The notes under the pieces are model-generated. The model saw only the letters and a program-made list of their open reading frames with translations, was not told the DNA's origin and did no database searches. 64,000 nt of DNA from an uncultured Gemmatimonadales bacterium (GTDB lineage Bacteria > Gemmatimonadota > Gemmatimonadetes > Gemmatimonadales > GWC2-71-9): assembly GCA_963739455.1 (NCBI GenBank), contig CAVUAK010000001.1:1504001-1568000 (forward strand), in the 5' to 3' direction. Both the position numbers and the translations under genes were made by a program. Below, in pieces: positions 19,011 through 29,329 of the stretch (its first letter is position 1; each line of letters starts with the position of its first letter).

Positions 19011-20850
19011 CTGAGCAAACCGACCTGCATTCTGGGCATCTCCGCCTTCTACCACGACAGTGCCGCCGCGCTCCTCAGCGACGGCGAGATCGTGGCGGCG
19101 GCCTCGGAGGAGCGGTTCACCCGGAAGAAGGGCGATCCGGACTTTCCGGCGCAGGCCGTTGCGTTCTGCCTTCGCGAGGCCGGCATCAGCATCGACCGAT
19201 CTCGACTACGTCGGTTTCTACGACAAGCCGCTGCTCAAGTTCGAGCGGATCCTCGAGACCTACCTCGGCGTCGCCCCACGGGGCTTCGGGTCCTTCCTGA
19301 AGGCCGGGTCCGCTCTGGATCAAGGAAAAGCTCTATCAGGACACGACGCTCCGCGACTCGCTCGGCGGGTACGAGGGACCGCTTGCTCTACGCCGAGCAT
19401 CACGAGTCGCACGCCGCGAGCGCGTTCTTCCCGTCGCCGTTCGAGGAAGCCGCCATCCTGACGATGGACGGCGTCGGCGAATGGGCAACCGCTTCGATCG
19501 GCGTCGGCCGCGGCAACGACCTCACGCTGCTCAAGGAGATTCGCTGGCCCGACTCGCTCGGCCTGCTCTACTCGGCGTTCACGTACTACACCGGCTTCAA
19601 GGTCAACTCGGGTGAGTACAAGGTCATGGGCCTCGCGCCCTACGGCGAGCCGAAGTACGTCGACCTGATCTACAAGGACCTGATCGACCTGAAGGAGGAC
19701 GGCTCGTTCAGGCTCAACCAGAAGTACTTCAACTACCTCGCCGGCCTCACGATGACGAACGAGGCCTTCCACGAGCTGTTCGGCGGTCCGCCGCGCGAGC
19801 CCGAGTCGAAGCTGACGCAGAAGGAGATGGACCTGGCCCGCTCGGTCCAGGTGGTGTGCGAGGAGGTCATGCTCCGCATGGCGCGCACCGCCCACAAGGA
19901 GACGGGCCTCGACAATCTCTGCCTCGCCGGCGGCGTGGCGCTCAACTGCGTCGGCAACGGCCGCATCCTCCGCGAGGGACCGTTCAAGCAGCTCTGGATC
20001 CAGCCCGCCGCCGGCGATGCCGGTGGCGCACTCGGCGTGGCACAGCTGATCTGGCATCGGCAGCTCAAGCAGCCGCGCACCGTCGCGCCCGGCAAGGACT
20101 CCATGAAGGGCGCCTATCTCGGCCCGTCCTTCTCCGACGACGAGATCGAGGCGTTCCTCGACTCGATCGGCGCGCGGTACGAGCGCCTCGAGCGCCCGTC
20201 GACTGCACGGAGCGCGTGGCCCAGCTGCTGGCGGACGAGAAGATCGTCGGCTGGTTCAACGGCCGGATGGAGTTCGGTCCCGCGGGCGCTCGGCAGTCGC
20301 AGCATCTCGGCGATCCGCGCAGCCCGCGGATGCAGGCCGACATGAACATCAAGATCAAGTTCCGCGAGGGCTTCCGGCCCTTCGCGCCGAGCGTGCTGCG
20401 CGAGCGGGTGAGCGACTACTTCGAGATGGACTGCGACTCGCCCTACATGCTGCTCGTGGCGCCGGTGCAAGAAGGAGCGCCAGATTCCGCCATGACCGCG
20501 GAGCAGCAGGACTTGTGGGGCATCGACAGCTCAACGTCCCGCGGTCCGACATTCCGGCCATCACGCACATCGACTACTCGGCCCGCGTGCAGACGGTCTC
20601 GCGGGACACGAACCCGAACTACTACGACCTCATCCGCGAGTTCGAGCGCCTGACCGGCTGCGCGGTGGTGGTGAATACGTCCTTCAACGTGCGCGGCGAG
20701 CCGATCGTCTGTACGCCGGCCGACGCGTATGCCTGCTTCATGCGCACCCACATCGACTACCTCGTTCTTGGGTCCTTCCTGCTCGAGAAGACAGAGCAGC
20801 CGGAGTGGAAGGAGACCGAAGATTGGCGACAGGAATTCCAGCTCGACTGA
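19011..20850 (+). CDS. NodU/CmcH family O-carbamoyltransferase (several apparent frameshifts; start uncertain)
   Basis: ILGISAFYHDSAA, EERFTR.K, HHESHAASAF, DGVGE, GEYKVMGLAPYG, AGGVALNC, KFREGFRPFAPS, NTSFNVRGEPIV spread over several frames. Confidence 0.9.
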
Positions 20851-21231
20851 GCCCTGGCGAGGGCCGCAAGTTCGGCCTGACCGTCGGCGGGGCATTCCTC
20901 GTGCTGGCATCGCTTCTCTGGTGGCGGGAGCAAGGGCGGCTGCGCCCGTGCTGGGCGCGCTGGGCGCACTGCTGGTCCTTGCGGGCGCTGGCTGTCCCGA
21001 CGCGCCTCGGCCCGGTCCAGCGCGCGTGGATGGGTCTCGCTCACGCCATCTCGCAAGGTGACGACGCCGATCTTCATGGGCGTCGTGTACTTCGTCGTGC
21101 TCACGCCGGTCGGCCTGCTCCGGCGGGCATTCGGCCACAATGCAATCGTCCGCAACGCCGCGAACGGTAGCTATTGGGTCGACCGGCGCGCCGAAGCCGC
21201 GCAGAAGACCGGCATGGAACGTCAATTCTGA
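20823..21231 (+). CDS. SxtJ family membrane protein (frameshifted)
   Basis: RKFGLTVGG, WMGLAHAI, and in a shifted frame TPIFMGVVYFVVLTPVG...SYW...MERQF*. Confidence 0.75.
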
Positions 21232-21245
21232 CACGGAGGGTGTCG

Positions 21246-21407
21246 ATGGCATCCCATCGTGGCTTGATGAGTGAACTCTGGGCCTTCATGAAGGTGCGGA
21301 AGAAGTGGTGGCTTCTTCCCGTCATCGTCGTCATGCTGGCGGTCGGCGCGCTGCTCGTCTTCGCGCAGGGGTCGGCGCTCGCGCCGTTCATCTACACCAT
21401 CTTCTAG
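21246..21407 (+). CDS. DUF5989/SxtK-like small membrane protein
   Basis: ELWAFMKVRKKWWLLP...GSALAPFIYTIF; GGAGG RBS. Confidence 0.88.
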   Translation: MASHRGLMSELWAFMKVRKKWWLLPVIVVMLAVGALLVFAQGSALAPFIYTIF

Positions 21408-22519
21408 TGCCTGCCCGCCCTGGCGTCCGGTTCATTGCACTGGTCGCACTGGTCGTCGTCCCGCTCATTGTTGTCGGTCTCATTGGCGAGGGTGTTGTCC
21501 GTTGGCGCGAACGCCATCGGGCCACCCCTCCCGGCACCATGCCTACCCTCTACTATCAGCACGATCGCCTGCGTCCCGCGCTGATCCGCGATCGCGACTA
21601 CTTCGGCTGGGTCCACACCGACTCGCTTGGGCTGCGCGGTCGCCCGGTTGCCGTGACGAAGACGCCCGGGCGACTTCGCATCCTGGCCGATGGCGGCTCG
21701 ACAACCTTTGACGCCACCGTCACCGCTGACGACAGCACCTGGCCCGCGCAGCTTGAGCGACTTCTCGCGGCTCGTCGTGGTCCCGGTTCGGTGGAGGTGC
21801 TGAACGCAGGTGTTCCCGGCTACGCTGTCGTCGACAACGTGATTCGCCTGCAGACCGAACTGGGTCGCCTCGAGCCGGACATCGTCATCCTGCTCCAGGG
21901 CCACAATGATCTCTACTACGCACTGGTTGGTGTTCCGCCAGGTGACGCCGGCAGGCCTGGTGCAGTGGCGCCCCTGACGCCCTGGGCCAGCTGGCTCGCG
22001 CGTCACTCCCTCTTGTACGGCAAGCTCGAGGGCGCGCGCCGCTCGCTCGCGGCCCGATGGAGCACCGGAAGCTACGTTTCGCCCGGGCGCGACCCCGCAC
22101 GCGCTGATTCAGCGCTGGCGGCGGGCGCAGCCCGCTTTCACCGCGATCTCACATCGTATGTGCTGATTGCCAGGCAGGGCGGGGCACGCGTCGTCCTGGT
22201 CCAGCCGGTGCAGGTCTCGGGAGCCCTGCCAGCACCACGCGATTCAGTTGAGCGCGCGGCCTGGGAGAACGCCTTCGCTGGTGTCCCGGCCGATGTCGTC
22301 TTTCGCGGCTATGGAGAGTTTGTGACGGTCATGCGGAACGTCGCTGCGGAGCAGGGTGTGACATTTCTTCCGACTGAAGCTTGGGGCATTGAGGGTCCGG
22401 CCCTTTACGACACCGGCGATCCCATTCACCTCAATGATGCCGGTGCGCGGCTCCTCGCCGAGCGAATGGCATCTGCCCTCGACTCTTCAGCTGTGCTCGT
22501 GGACTCCCTTGTGCCCTAG
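21407..22519 (+). CDS. SGNH/GDSL hydrolase family protein
   Basis: N-terminal TM, GGSTT, LNAGVPGY, GHND, DPIH. Confidence 0.85.
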   Translation: MPARPGVRFIALVALVVVPLIVVGLIGEGVVRWRERHRATPPGTMPTLYYQHDRLRPALIRDRDYFGWVHTDSLGLRGRPVAVTKTPGRLRILADGGSTTFDATVTADDSTWPAQLERLLAARRGPGSVEVLNAGVPGYAVVDNVIRLQTELGRLEPDIVILLQGHNDLYYALVGVPPGDAGRPGAVAPLTPWASWLARHSLLYGKLEGARRSLAARWSTGSYVSPGRDPARADSALAAGAARFHRDLTSYVLIARQGGARVVLVQPVQVSGALPAPRDSVERAAWENAFAGVPADVVFRGYGEFVTVMRNVAAEQGVTFLPTEAWGIEGPALYDTGDPIHLNDAGARLLAERMASALDSSAVLVDSLVP

Positions 22520-22524
22520 GCTGA

Positions 22525-24051
22525 TCAAGAGCCGGCCCCGTGTCGCGCGTACCATGTCCCCAGGTCATCGACAGACTGCACGGAGTACTCCCGATCCAGC
22601 AGGCTGCGCAGGCCTGGTGAGTGATGGGTGAGCATCGAGTCATAGACGGGCTCGGCGAAGACAAAGACTGGGCGTGCCGCCACCAGCTCTGCCTCGAGGC
22701 GCTGCCACACTACCGGTGGCTGAAGCTCCCAGGCCCAGCCATGGACGCTACTCGCGGATGGTCGCCGTGAAAGCGTGTGAATCAACGGATCGCCAAAAAC
22801 GTAGATTGGACCTTGCGGACTCCCGGTGTCACGCAGGAAGGCAGTGGATTGCCATATCCTTTCATACTCCGGACTCACGGCTCGCTGGAATGCATGGTCC
22901 TCCCCCGATGCGAGGCCAGAGTAGAGCACCATGCGCTTTGCCTTGCCCGCCCAGGACAAGCCCGCCGGGAGAGTCGCGAGGGCAAGTACAACCAGGGCGA
23001 CGCGAATCTTCTCGGCTGCCCCCGGGCCGACGTTCAGCATGCCGATTAGCCCCTGTACTCCTCTGACCGCGAGGATCCCAAGGGGGGTCGTCAGCAGGAG
23101 GAAATCAAACTGCCATCCGGCGAATGGTTCGAGAACAACGCTCATTGCACCCGTCACCAGCCAGACCAGGGCCAGGACGAAGATTCGCTCCTCCACGAGC
23201 CCGCGCCATCCCGCTCGCGCAAAGGACGATAGCAGCAGGACAGGCGCGAACGTCCCGACGAACCATGTCAGCGAGGACACGATTCGGTCTACGGGATGGG
23301 CACCACGCACCTGCAGCGCGAGGGGGACCCATGTCGTGATTGTCCAGATGAAGGGCTGGAGGGCGTCGTGTCGTTCCAGCCACCAGGCGGAGAGGAGCGT
23401 TACGGTGAGTCCGCTGACCGCGGCGGGCACCAGTCGGTCTCTCCAAAGGTGGCCGGCCGTGGTGCCACGCGCCTTCCGGTCGATCACCCAGCTCGCAATG
23501 AAGAGCGCGACGACCACTGGAGCCACCGCGAACTTGAACAGGACCGCGACCGCACCTGCGGCGCCAGCCAGGACCGATCGCCAGCGTGCCGGCGGCGCCG
23601 TGAGCAGCGCCAGGACGCAGAACAGTGGTGCGGAAAGCAGGATGGCGGGTTGCGTGAGGTGCCACTCGGTCGACAATGCGTAGTAGCTGCCGATGGTAAG
23701 GAGCGGCACGGCCATCGCAAGCCACTCGAAGGCCAGGTATCGGCGCAAGATGACTACTTGAAGTGCGGCGAACACCAGCATGTAGAGGAGTTCAAACGTG
23801 TGCAGGCCAACTTCCGTGAAGCCGAAGAGAGTTCCCGCACCCCAGTGAAAGAGGTAGATGCCGGGCTGCTTCAGGTCCCAGATGTCCCGGTACAGCGCGC
23901 CGCCCTCCGACATTGCCTTCGCACCGAGCTGGTAAAGTGCGGCGTCTCCATGGAGTGGCATGGGTAGATTGACCCATCCCGCAAGTCCAATCGCGGCGAC
24001 AACCGCCAGGATTTCCACTCCGAGTCTGGGCTCAATCCGTGCAAATGACAT
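22525..24051 (-). CDS. polytopic membrane glycosyltransferase (GT-C, ArnT/PMT-like)
   Basis: D..LY, LYRDIWDLKQPGIY, many TM segments. Confidence 0.65.
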   Translation of the reverse strand: MSFARIEPRLGVEILAVVAAIGLAGWVNLPMPLHGDAALYQLGAKAMSEGGALYRDIWDLKQPGIYLFHWGAGTLFGFTEVGLHTFELLYMLVFAALQVVILRRYLAFEWLAMAVPLLTIGSYYALSTEWHLTQPAILLSAPLFCVLALLTAPPARWRSVLAGAAGAVAVLFKFAVAPVVVALFIASWVIDRKARGTTAGHLWRDRLVPAAVSGLTVTLLSAWWLERHDALQPFIWTITTWVPLALQVRGAHPVDRIVSSLTWFVGTFAPVLLLSSFARAGWRGLVEERIFVLALVWLVTGAMSVVLEPFAGWQFDFLLLTTPLGILAVRGVQGLIGMLNVGPGAAEKIRVALVVLALATLPAGLSWAGKAKRMVLYSGLASGEDHAFQRAVSPEYERIWQSTAFLRDTGSPQGPIYVFGDPLIHTLSRRPSASSVHGWAWELQPPVVWQRLEAELVAARPVFVFAEPVYDSMLTHHSPGLRSLLDREYSVQSVDDLGTWYARHGAGS

Positions 24052-24129
24052 TCACGGCCACGGAGCAAGCTTGGGGCCGCATCGGGTCCACCGTCGGCCC
24101 CGGCCCGGACCGGCAATTACGTTTCATCC

Positions 24130-24972
24130 GTGACCACTCCCTTCGCCCAACGGCTCCGTCGCGACCCACTGTTCCAGCTTGGCCTCGTCTTGGTGGCCTT
24201 GGTCGTTGCATCTGCGCTACTGGCACCGTGGGTCGCCCCCGACAGCCCCATCCTGGGCGACCTGCAGAAGGCCTACCTCCTCCCGCCCAGCCGTCACCAC
24301 TTGCTCGGCACTGACACGCAGGGCCGCGACATCCTCAGTCGCGTCATCTACGGTGCCCGCATCTCGCTCGGCGTTGGCCTCATCGCACAGTCAGTCGCGA
24401 CCACACTGGGCGTCACCCTCGGCCTCATCGCCGGCTACTACGGCCGCTGGATCGACGCCCTCGTCATGCGCCTCGCCGACATCACCCTCGCATTCCCGAC
24501 CCTGCTGCTCCTCATCGCAGTCGCAGCTGCCGTGCGACCATCGCTACCCGTCGTCTTCGTGGTCATCGGTATCGTCGGCTGGGCCGCCATGGCGCGGCTG
24601 GTGCGAAGCCAGGTCCTCGTTCTCCGGACTGCGGATTACGTCCTCGCCTCCCGCGCACTCGGTGCGCGCGATAGCCATATTCTCTGGCGCCACCTGCTCC
24701 CCAACATCCGGGGCCCCGTTATCGTCGCCGCCACGCTCGGCATCGCCGGCGCCATCATGGCCGAGGCCGCCCTCTCGTTTGTCGGGCTGGGAGCACAGCC
24801 CCCGACGCCCAGCTGGGGCGCCATGGTCGCCGACGGCCGGGACCTGCTCCGGGTTGCACCGTGGGTCTCCGTGGCTCCCGGCATCGCGATCGGACTGGCC
24901 GTGATGGGCTTCAACCTGGTGGGAGATGCGCTGCGAGAGCTATACGACCCGAAGCTGCGGATCAGGAGCTAG
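24130..24972 (+). CDS. peptide/nickel ABC transporter permease (DppC/OppC-like)
   Basis: HLLGTDTQGRDILSR..YGARISL, EAA-like loop YVLASRALGA, EAALSFVGLG..PPTPSWG. Confidence 0.93.
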   Translation: MTTPFAQRLRRDPLFQLGLVLVALVVASALLAPWVAPDSPILGDLQKAYLLPPSRHHLLGTDTQGRDILSRVIYGARISLGVGLIAQSVATTLGVTLGLIAGYYGRWIDALVMRLADITLAFPTLLLLIAVAAAVRPSLPVVFVVIGIVGWAAMARLVRSQVLVLRTADYVLASRALGARDSHILWRHLLPNIRGPVIVAATLGIAGAIMAEAALSFVGLGAQPPTPSWGAMVADGRDLLRVAPWVSVAPGIAIGLAVMGFNLVGDALRELYDPKLRIRS

Positions 24973-25151
24973 GGTAATGCCGACGTAGCGTCCGAAACAC
25001 GGTTGGCCTCGCGCAGGCGCGAACGCGAGGGGCTGGGCAGGGTGGGGTGGAAGGGCGTCGAGAGCGCCGAAGCGAGGTCAGCCGTGCGAGGACGCCGGCG
25101 ACGAGTACTGCCAGGCGTGCCCCGCCCAAAGGGGCGCCAAGGAGACACCAC

Positions 25152-26294
25152 GTGTTTGATCCAACAGAGCTTCGCAAGTCCGATTTTCCCTGGACCTCCG
25201 ACACCGCCTACCTCGACAGCGCCAGCATCGGTCCCGTGCCTGCGCGCGCCCGCGCCGAGCTCGACGCCTTCAATGCCATGCGCTCGACGCCGCACCTCAT
25301 TCCCAAGGACGTCCAGTTCGGTGCCCTGACTCGCGCCCGGTCCCTGGCCGCCCGATTGCTCAACGTCAGCCACGGCGAGATCGCACTCGCCACCAACACC
25401 AGCTTCGGCCTCAACATCGCCGCCCGCGCTCTTCCCCTCGGCCAGGGTGACATTGTCCTGGTCAGCGATCGCGAGTTTCCCGCGAACATGTATCCCTGGA
25501 TGCAGCTCGCTGATCGCGGCGTACAGCTGGAGATCGTTCCCGTCACTGCCGAAGGCTGGCCCGACGAAGCGCGCCTTCTCGAGCGCCTCGCCGACCCCCG
25601 CGTCAGGTGCCTTACGGTATCGCTGGTCCAGTTCAGCAACGGCTACAAGGTCGATCTCGCCGCGCTCTCGAAGGCCACCCGCGCCACCGATACCTGGCTC
25701 GTCGTCGATGCCATCCAGGGCCTGGGCCAGTTTCCCGTTGATCTTCAGCAGACCCCGGTTGATATCCTCGCCACCGGGGCCCAGAAGTGGCTCTTGTCGC
25801 CGTGGGGCAGTGGATTCTTCTACGTGCGGAAGGAAATCCTGCAGCAGCTCACCCCACCATTCGCCGGTTGGCTCGCCTTTCAGGGTACCGACGACTTCTC
25901 GAAACTCACTGACTACAACCCGGAATGGCACGACGACTCGCGCCGCTTCGAGTTGATCACGCTTCCGTTCCAGGACTTCGCGGCGATGAACGTCTCCGTC
26001 GAGATGATCCTCGACATTGGCGTCGCCGAGATTGCAGCACATTTGCAGCGGGTCCAGGAGCCCCTCCGCGCGCTCGCGGCCCGCCGGGATATCCCCATCA
26101 CCTCACCCTCCGGTGCGCACGGCTCCGCCATCATCTGCCTGAAGGCTCCTGATGCCGCCAGGGTCCACGGTGTGCTGCGCAGCAAGCAGGTCATTTGCAG
26201 CCTGCGCGAAGGATCACTCAGGTTCAGCCCGCACTTGTTCAACAGCGTCGAGGACGTCGCCCGAGCTGCCGAGGTGCTTGAGGCTAGCTTGTAG
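25152..26294 (+). CDS. class V PLP aminotransferase (cysteine desulfurase-like)
   Basis: YLDSASIGP, VVDAIQGLG, GAQKWLLSPWG, LRFSPHLFN; GGAG RBS at 25141. Confidence 0.88.
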   Translation: MFDPTELRKSDFPWTSDTAYLDSASIGPVPARARAELDAFNAMRSTPHLIPKDVQFGALTRARSLAARLLNVSHGEIALATNTSFGLNIAARALPLGQGDIVLVSDREFPANMYPWMQLADRGVQLEIVPVTAEGWPDEARLLERLADPRVRCLTVSLVQFSNGYKVDLAALSKATRATDTWLVVDAIQGLGQFPVDLQQTPVDILATGAQKWLLSPWGSGFFYVRKEILQQLTPPFAGWLAFQGTDDFSKLTDYNPEWHDDSRRFELITLPFQDFAAMNVSVEMILDIGVAEIAAHLQRVQEPLRALAARRDIPITSPSGAHGSAIICLKAPDAARVHGVLRSKQVICSLREGSLRFSPHLFNSVEDVARAAEVLEASL

Positions 26295-26321
26295 AAAAAG
26301 GGCGGCCACCGGGCCGCCCTT
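26294..26321 (-). terminator. intrinsic terminator (tyrS direction, possibly bidirectional)
   Basis: aagggcggcc-accg-ggccgccctt hairpin with an A-run on its left (U-tract on the minus strand). Confidence 0.75.
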
Positions 26322-26324
26322 ACA

Positions 26325-26362
26325 TCACGTCCTCACGTCCTCACGTCCTCACGCCCTCACGT
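26325..26362. repeat. 8-bp tandem repeat (CCTCACGT)n, about 5 units, overlapping the tyrS stop
   Basis: tcacgt cctcacgt cctcacgt cctcacgc cctcacgt. Confidence 0.85.
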
Positions 26363-27620
26363 CACTACCAGCATCGCGTAGTTCTTCTTTCCCTTCTGCA
26401 GCACGATGTACCTGCCCGGCCAGCAAGTCCTCCTCCTTCAGCACCCGCCCCGCCTCCACTACCTCGCCGTTCACCGAGAACCCCTTCTGCTCCACGCCCC
26501 GCTTCGCATCCGCCTTCGAGCTTGCCAGCCCCGCCGTCACCAGTGCATCGACCAGCGACACACCGTCCGAGAGCCCGGCGATCGACAGCGACGCAACCGG
26601 CACCTCTCCTTCCAGCACCTCCAGCACTTCCGGCGACGCCGCCACCAGCGGCTGCCCGCCGAACAGGATCGCACTCGCTGCAATCACCCGTTCCGCAGTA
26701 TCGGCGCCGTGAACTCGAGTCGTCACTTCCAGCGCCAGTCGCCGCTGCGCTGCGCGCTTGCCCGGATCGCGAGCCTGCTCCGCCAGCAACGCCTCGATCT
26801 CATCCAGCTCCATGAACGTGAACAGCTTGAGCCATCCCGCCACATCCCGGTCATCCGTGTTCAGCCAGAACTGGTAGAACTTGTACGCGCTGGTCTTCTT
26901 CGGGTCGAGCCACACATTTCCGTCTTCGCTCTTCCCGAACTTGTTTCCCGCCGCCGTCGTCAGTAGCGGAAACACCAGTCCGTGCGCCGCCTTCTGTGTG
27001 CGCCGCCCGATCAGCTCGATCCCCGCCGTGATGTTCCCCCACTGGTCGCTGCCACCCATCTGCAGCTCCACATCCATCGTCTCGTGCATGTGCCAGAAGT
27101 CGTACGCCTGCACCAGCATGTACGTGAACTCGGTGAACGAGATCCCCGAATCCATCCGGCTCTTCACCGAGTCCTTCTGCAGCATGTAGTTGACGGTGAA
27201 GTGCTTCCCGGTGTCCCGCAGGAACTCCAGCAGGTTGAGCCCGCGCAGCCATTCGGCGTTGTCCATCAGCCTCGCCGCATGGTTGCCCGAGAAATCCAGG
27301 AATTTTTCCAGCTGGCCCCTGATTGCCGCCGAGTTGGCGTCCACCTGTTCCTGCGACAGCATCGGCCGCTCATTGCGCTTGCCGCTTGGGTCCCCGACCA
27401 TTCCCGTGCCGCCACCGACAAGGGCTACGGGCCGGCCGCCGGTGCGCTGCAACCACGCGAGACCCATCACCGGCACGAGGTTGCCGACGTGCAGGGAGTC
27501 GGCCGTCGGGTCGAACCCCACATACGCTCTGATTGGGCCGGTCGCGAGTCGTTCCGCGAGTCCCGGAGTAGCATCGTGCAGGAATCCGCGGGTGCGCGCC
27601 ACGGCGAGAATGTCGGTCAT
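26357..27620 (-). CDS. tyrS: tyrosine--tRNA ligase (frameshift near 26415)
   Basis: [32 protein letters not shown]4-like C-terminus ending [18 protein letters not shown] in a shifted frame. Confidence 0.96.
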
Positions 27621-27680
27621 GGGGGGCAACATTAGCCCGTCGGCGGGTGGTGGAGCAAGGCGAACGGAACCATGCAAGTC

Positions 27681-29306
27681 ATGACACAACAGGATGACAG
27701 GGCACGCAGCATCCCCGTACTGATTGCGGCCCTCATCTGCACCCTGGTGGTCGTGCTTGCCACGGTGCCAGAGAACACCGGCGACGCGGTCGACTACGCT
27801 CGCGACGCGGCCCGATCGCCGTCGGTCAGCACCCTCGCACTCTATGAGCCAGGGCACCTCCTTTGGCGCCCCACCGGCGTCCTGCTCCGCGAGGCGATTG
27901 GTACGCCCGCCTCGAGCGACCCCGCCTTCAGTCGCAACGCGCAGCGCCGGTTCTCTCGAGTTTCCGTCGTTGCGTCGGTCGTCGTGTCGGCGACCATCGG
28001 CCTGCTGGTGCTGGGCAGCGTCGGCTCCCTGGCCGCCGCCATCGCCGCGACGGCAATGACCGCGTTCGGCGCAAGCATGATCAACTTCGGTCAGGCGGGC
28101 ACGCCATACGTTCCGGGCCTGGCACTGGTCTGCCTGGCGCTGCTCCTGGGGACCGGCGGAGGGCAGCGCCCCTCGCTAGCTCGCGCGATAGTCACCGGCT
28201 GCCTGCTCGCGGCCGGCGTGTTCTTGTGGCTCCCCTTTGTGCTGGTGGTCCCCGCTGTGCTGGTCGCTACCCTGGTTTCGCCCGGCGACACCCGGTACCG
28301 GGTCCGCGTCACAATCGCGGCGACCCTGGCGTGCGGACTGATCGGCGTCTCGGTCTACCTCGGCATCGCGTCGATGCGGCGGAGTGCGGTCGCCCCTGGC
28401 GTTCATGCAATGGATCGGCGCCAGCGCGCACGGTATCGCCCGGCCCGGACTTTCCCGGGTGATCATCGGACTGCCGCGGAGCTTTGTGCACATGGGCGAC
28501 GATGGTCGTGAGGTGCGCCGCTACCTCCTCGCCGACCCGTTCAACCCGGTGATCGCGAGCCCAGCTTGCCACACTGCACCTCTGGCCCAAGCTCCTGCTC
28601 TTCTACCTTGTGCTCGCTGTGGTCGCCTGGTTCGCCGTGGGTCGGCCTCGGGTCGCACAGCTGCTGCTGGCCTTGCGGTGTGGCAGCGGTTCCCGTCATC
28701 TGGCTTGGAGCGGCATGGAGCGGGGGAGAGGAGGAGCGCTATCTCGCCCTCTATCCCTTCATCATTCCCCTTGTCAGTCTGGGCCGCATGGACCGCGGCC
28801 GCCGAGCGCCGTCGCTTCGTCCCCGCTGCCGTGGGCGCCTTCGCGCTGCTCTGGCTTTCAAACATTATTGCATTCAACCCGTGGGTGACCCGGGCGCGAT
28901 CCGCCGCGATGGAGGCCCGGCTCGGCTGCGTGGCGCCAGTCCTCGATGACCGTTCGCTCATCGTCGTGCCCCGGCCAGTCGGACCCACTCGTCACCTTCA
29001 CCCGCGACCGCCTGGACGAGCGCCCTCGCAGCGCAGGGGCCAGCGTCACCTACCTGCTGCCGCCCATCACCATCCCCGGGCTGCACGTGGAACGCCACCC
29101 TCGATTCCCTCGTGACCAGGACCCTGCGGTCCGGTGGCAGGGTCTGGATTCCCGCATATGCGCTGGACAGCATCCCTCCTCGTTCATCAGGCTGGGTCGA
29201 GGGAGGGCAGGCCGTGAAGTGGAGCCAGATGCGACAGGCCTTCAGCACGCTCACGGTGACCAGGGGGTGCACTGACACGTCGCTGCTCGAGGTGGTGGCT
29301 CGGTAG
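27681..29306 (+). CDS. hypothetical polytopic membrane protein (multiple frameshifts; possibly GT-C-like)
   Basis: hydrophobic segments continue across ORFs 27672, 28384, 28566 and 29112; N-terminal DAVDY and PGHLLW motifs. Confidence 0.55.
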
Positions 29307-29329
29307 CTGGCCCCTTAGTCTTCTCCTCA

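Noticed and set aside
19011..22519. Saxitoxin biosynthesis
   Set aside because: Core sxtA/sxtG/sxtB genes are absent from the window; only the widely distributed carbamoylation module is present.
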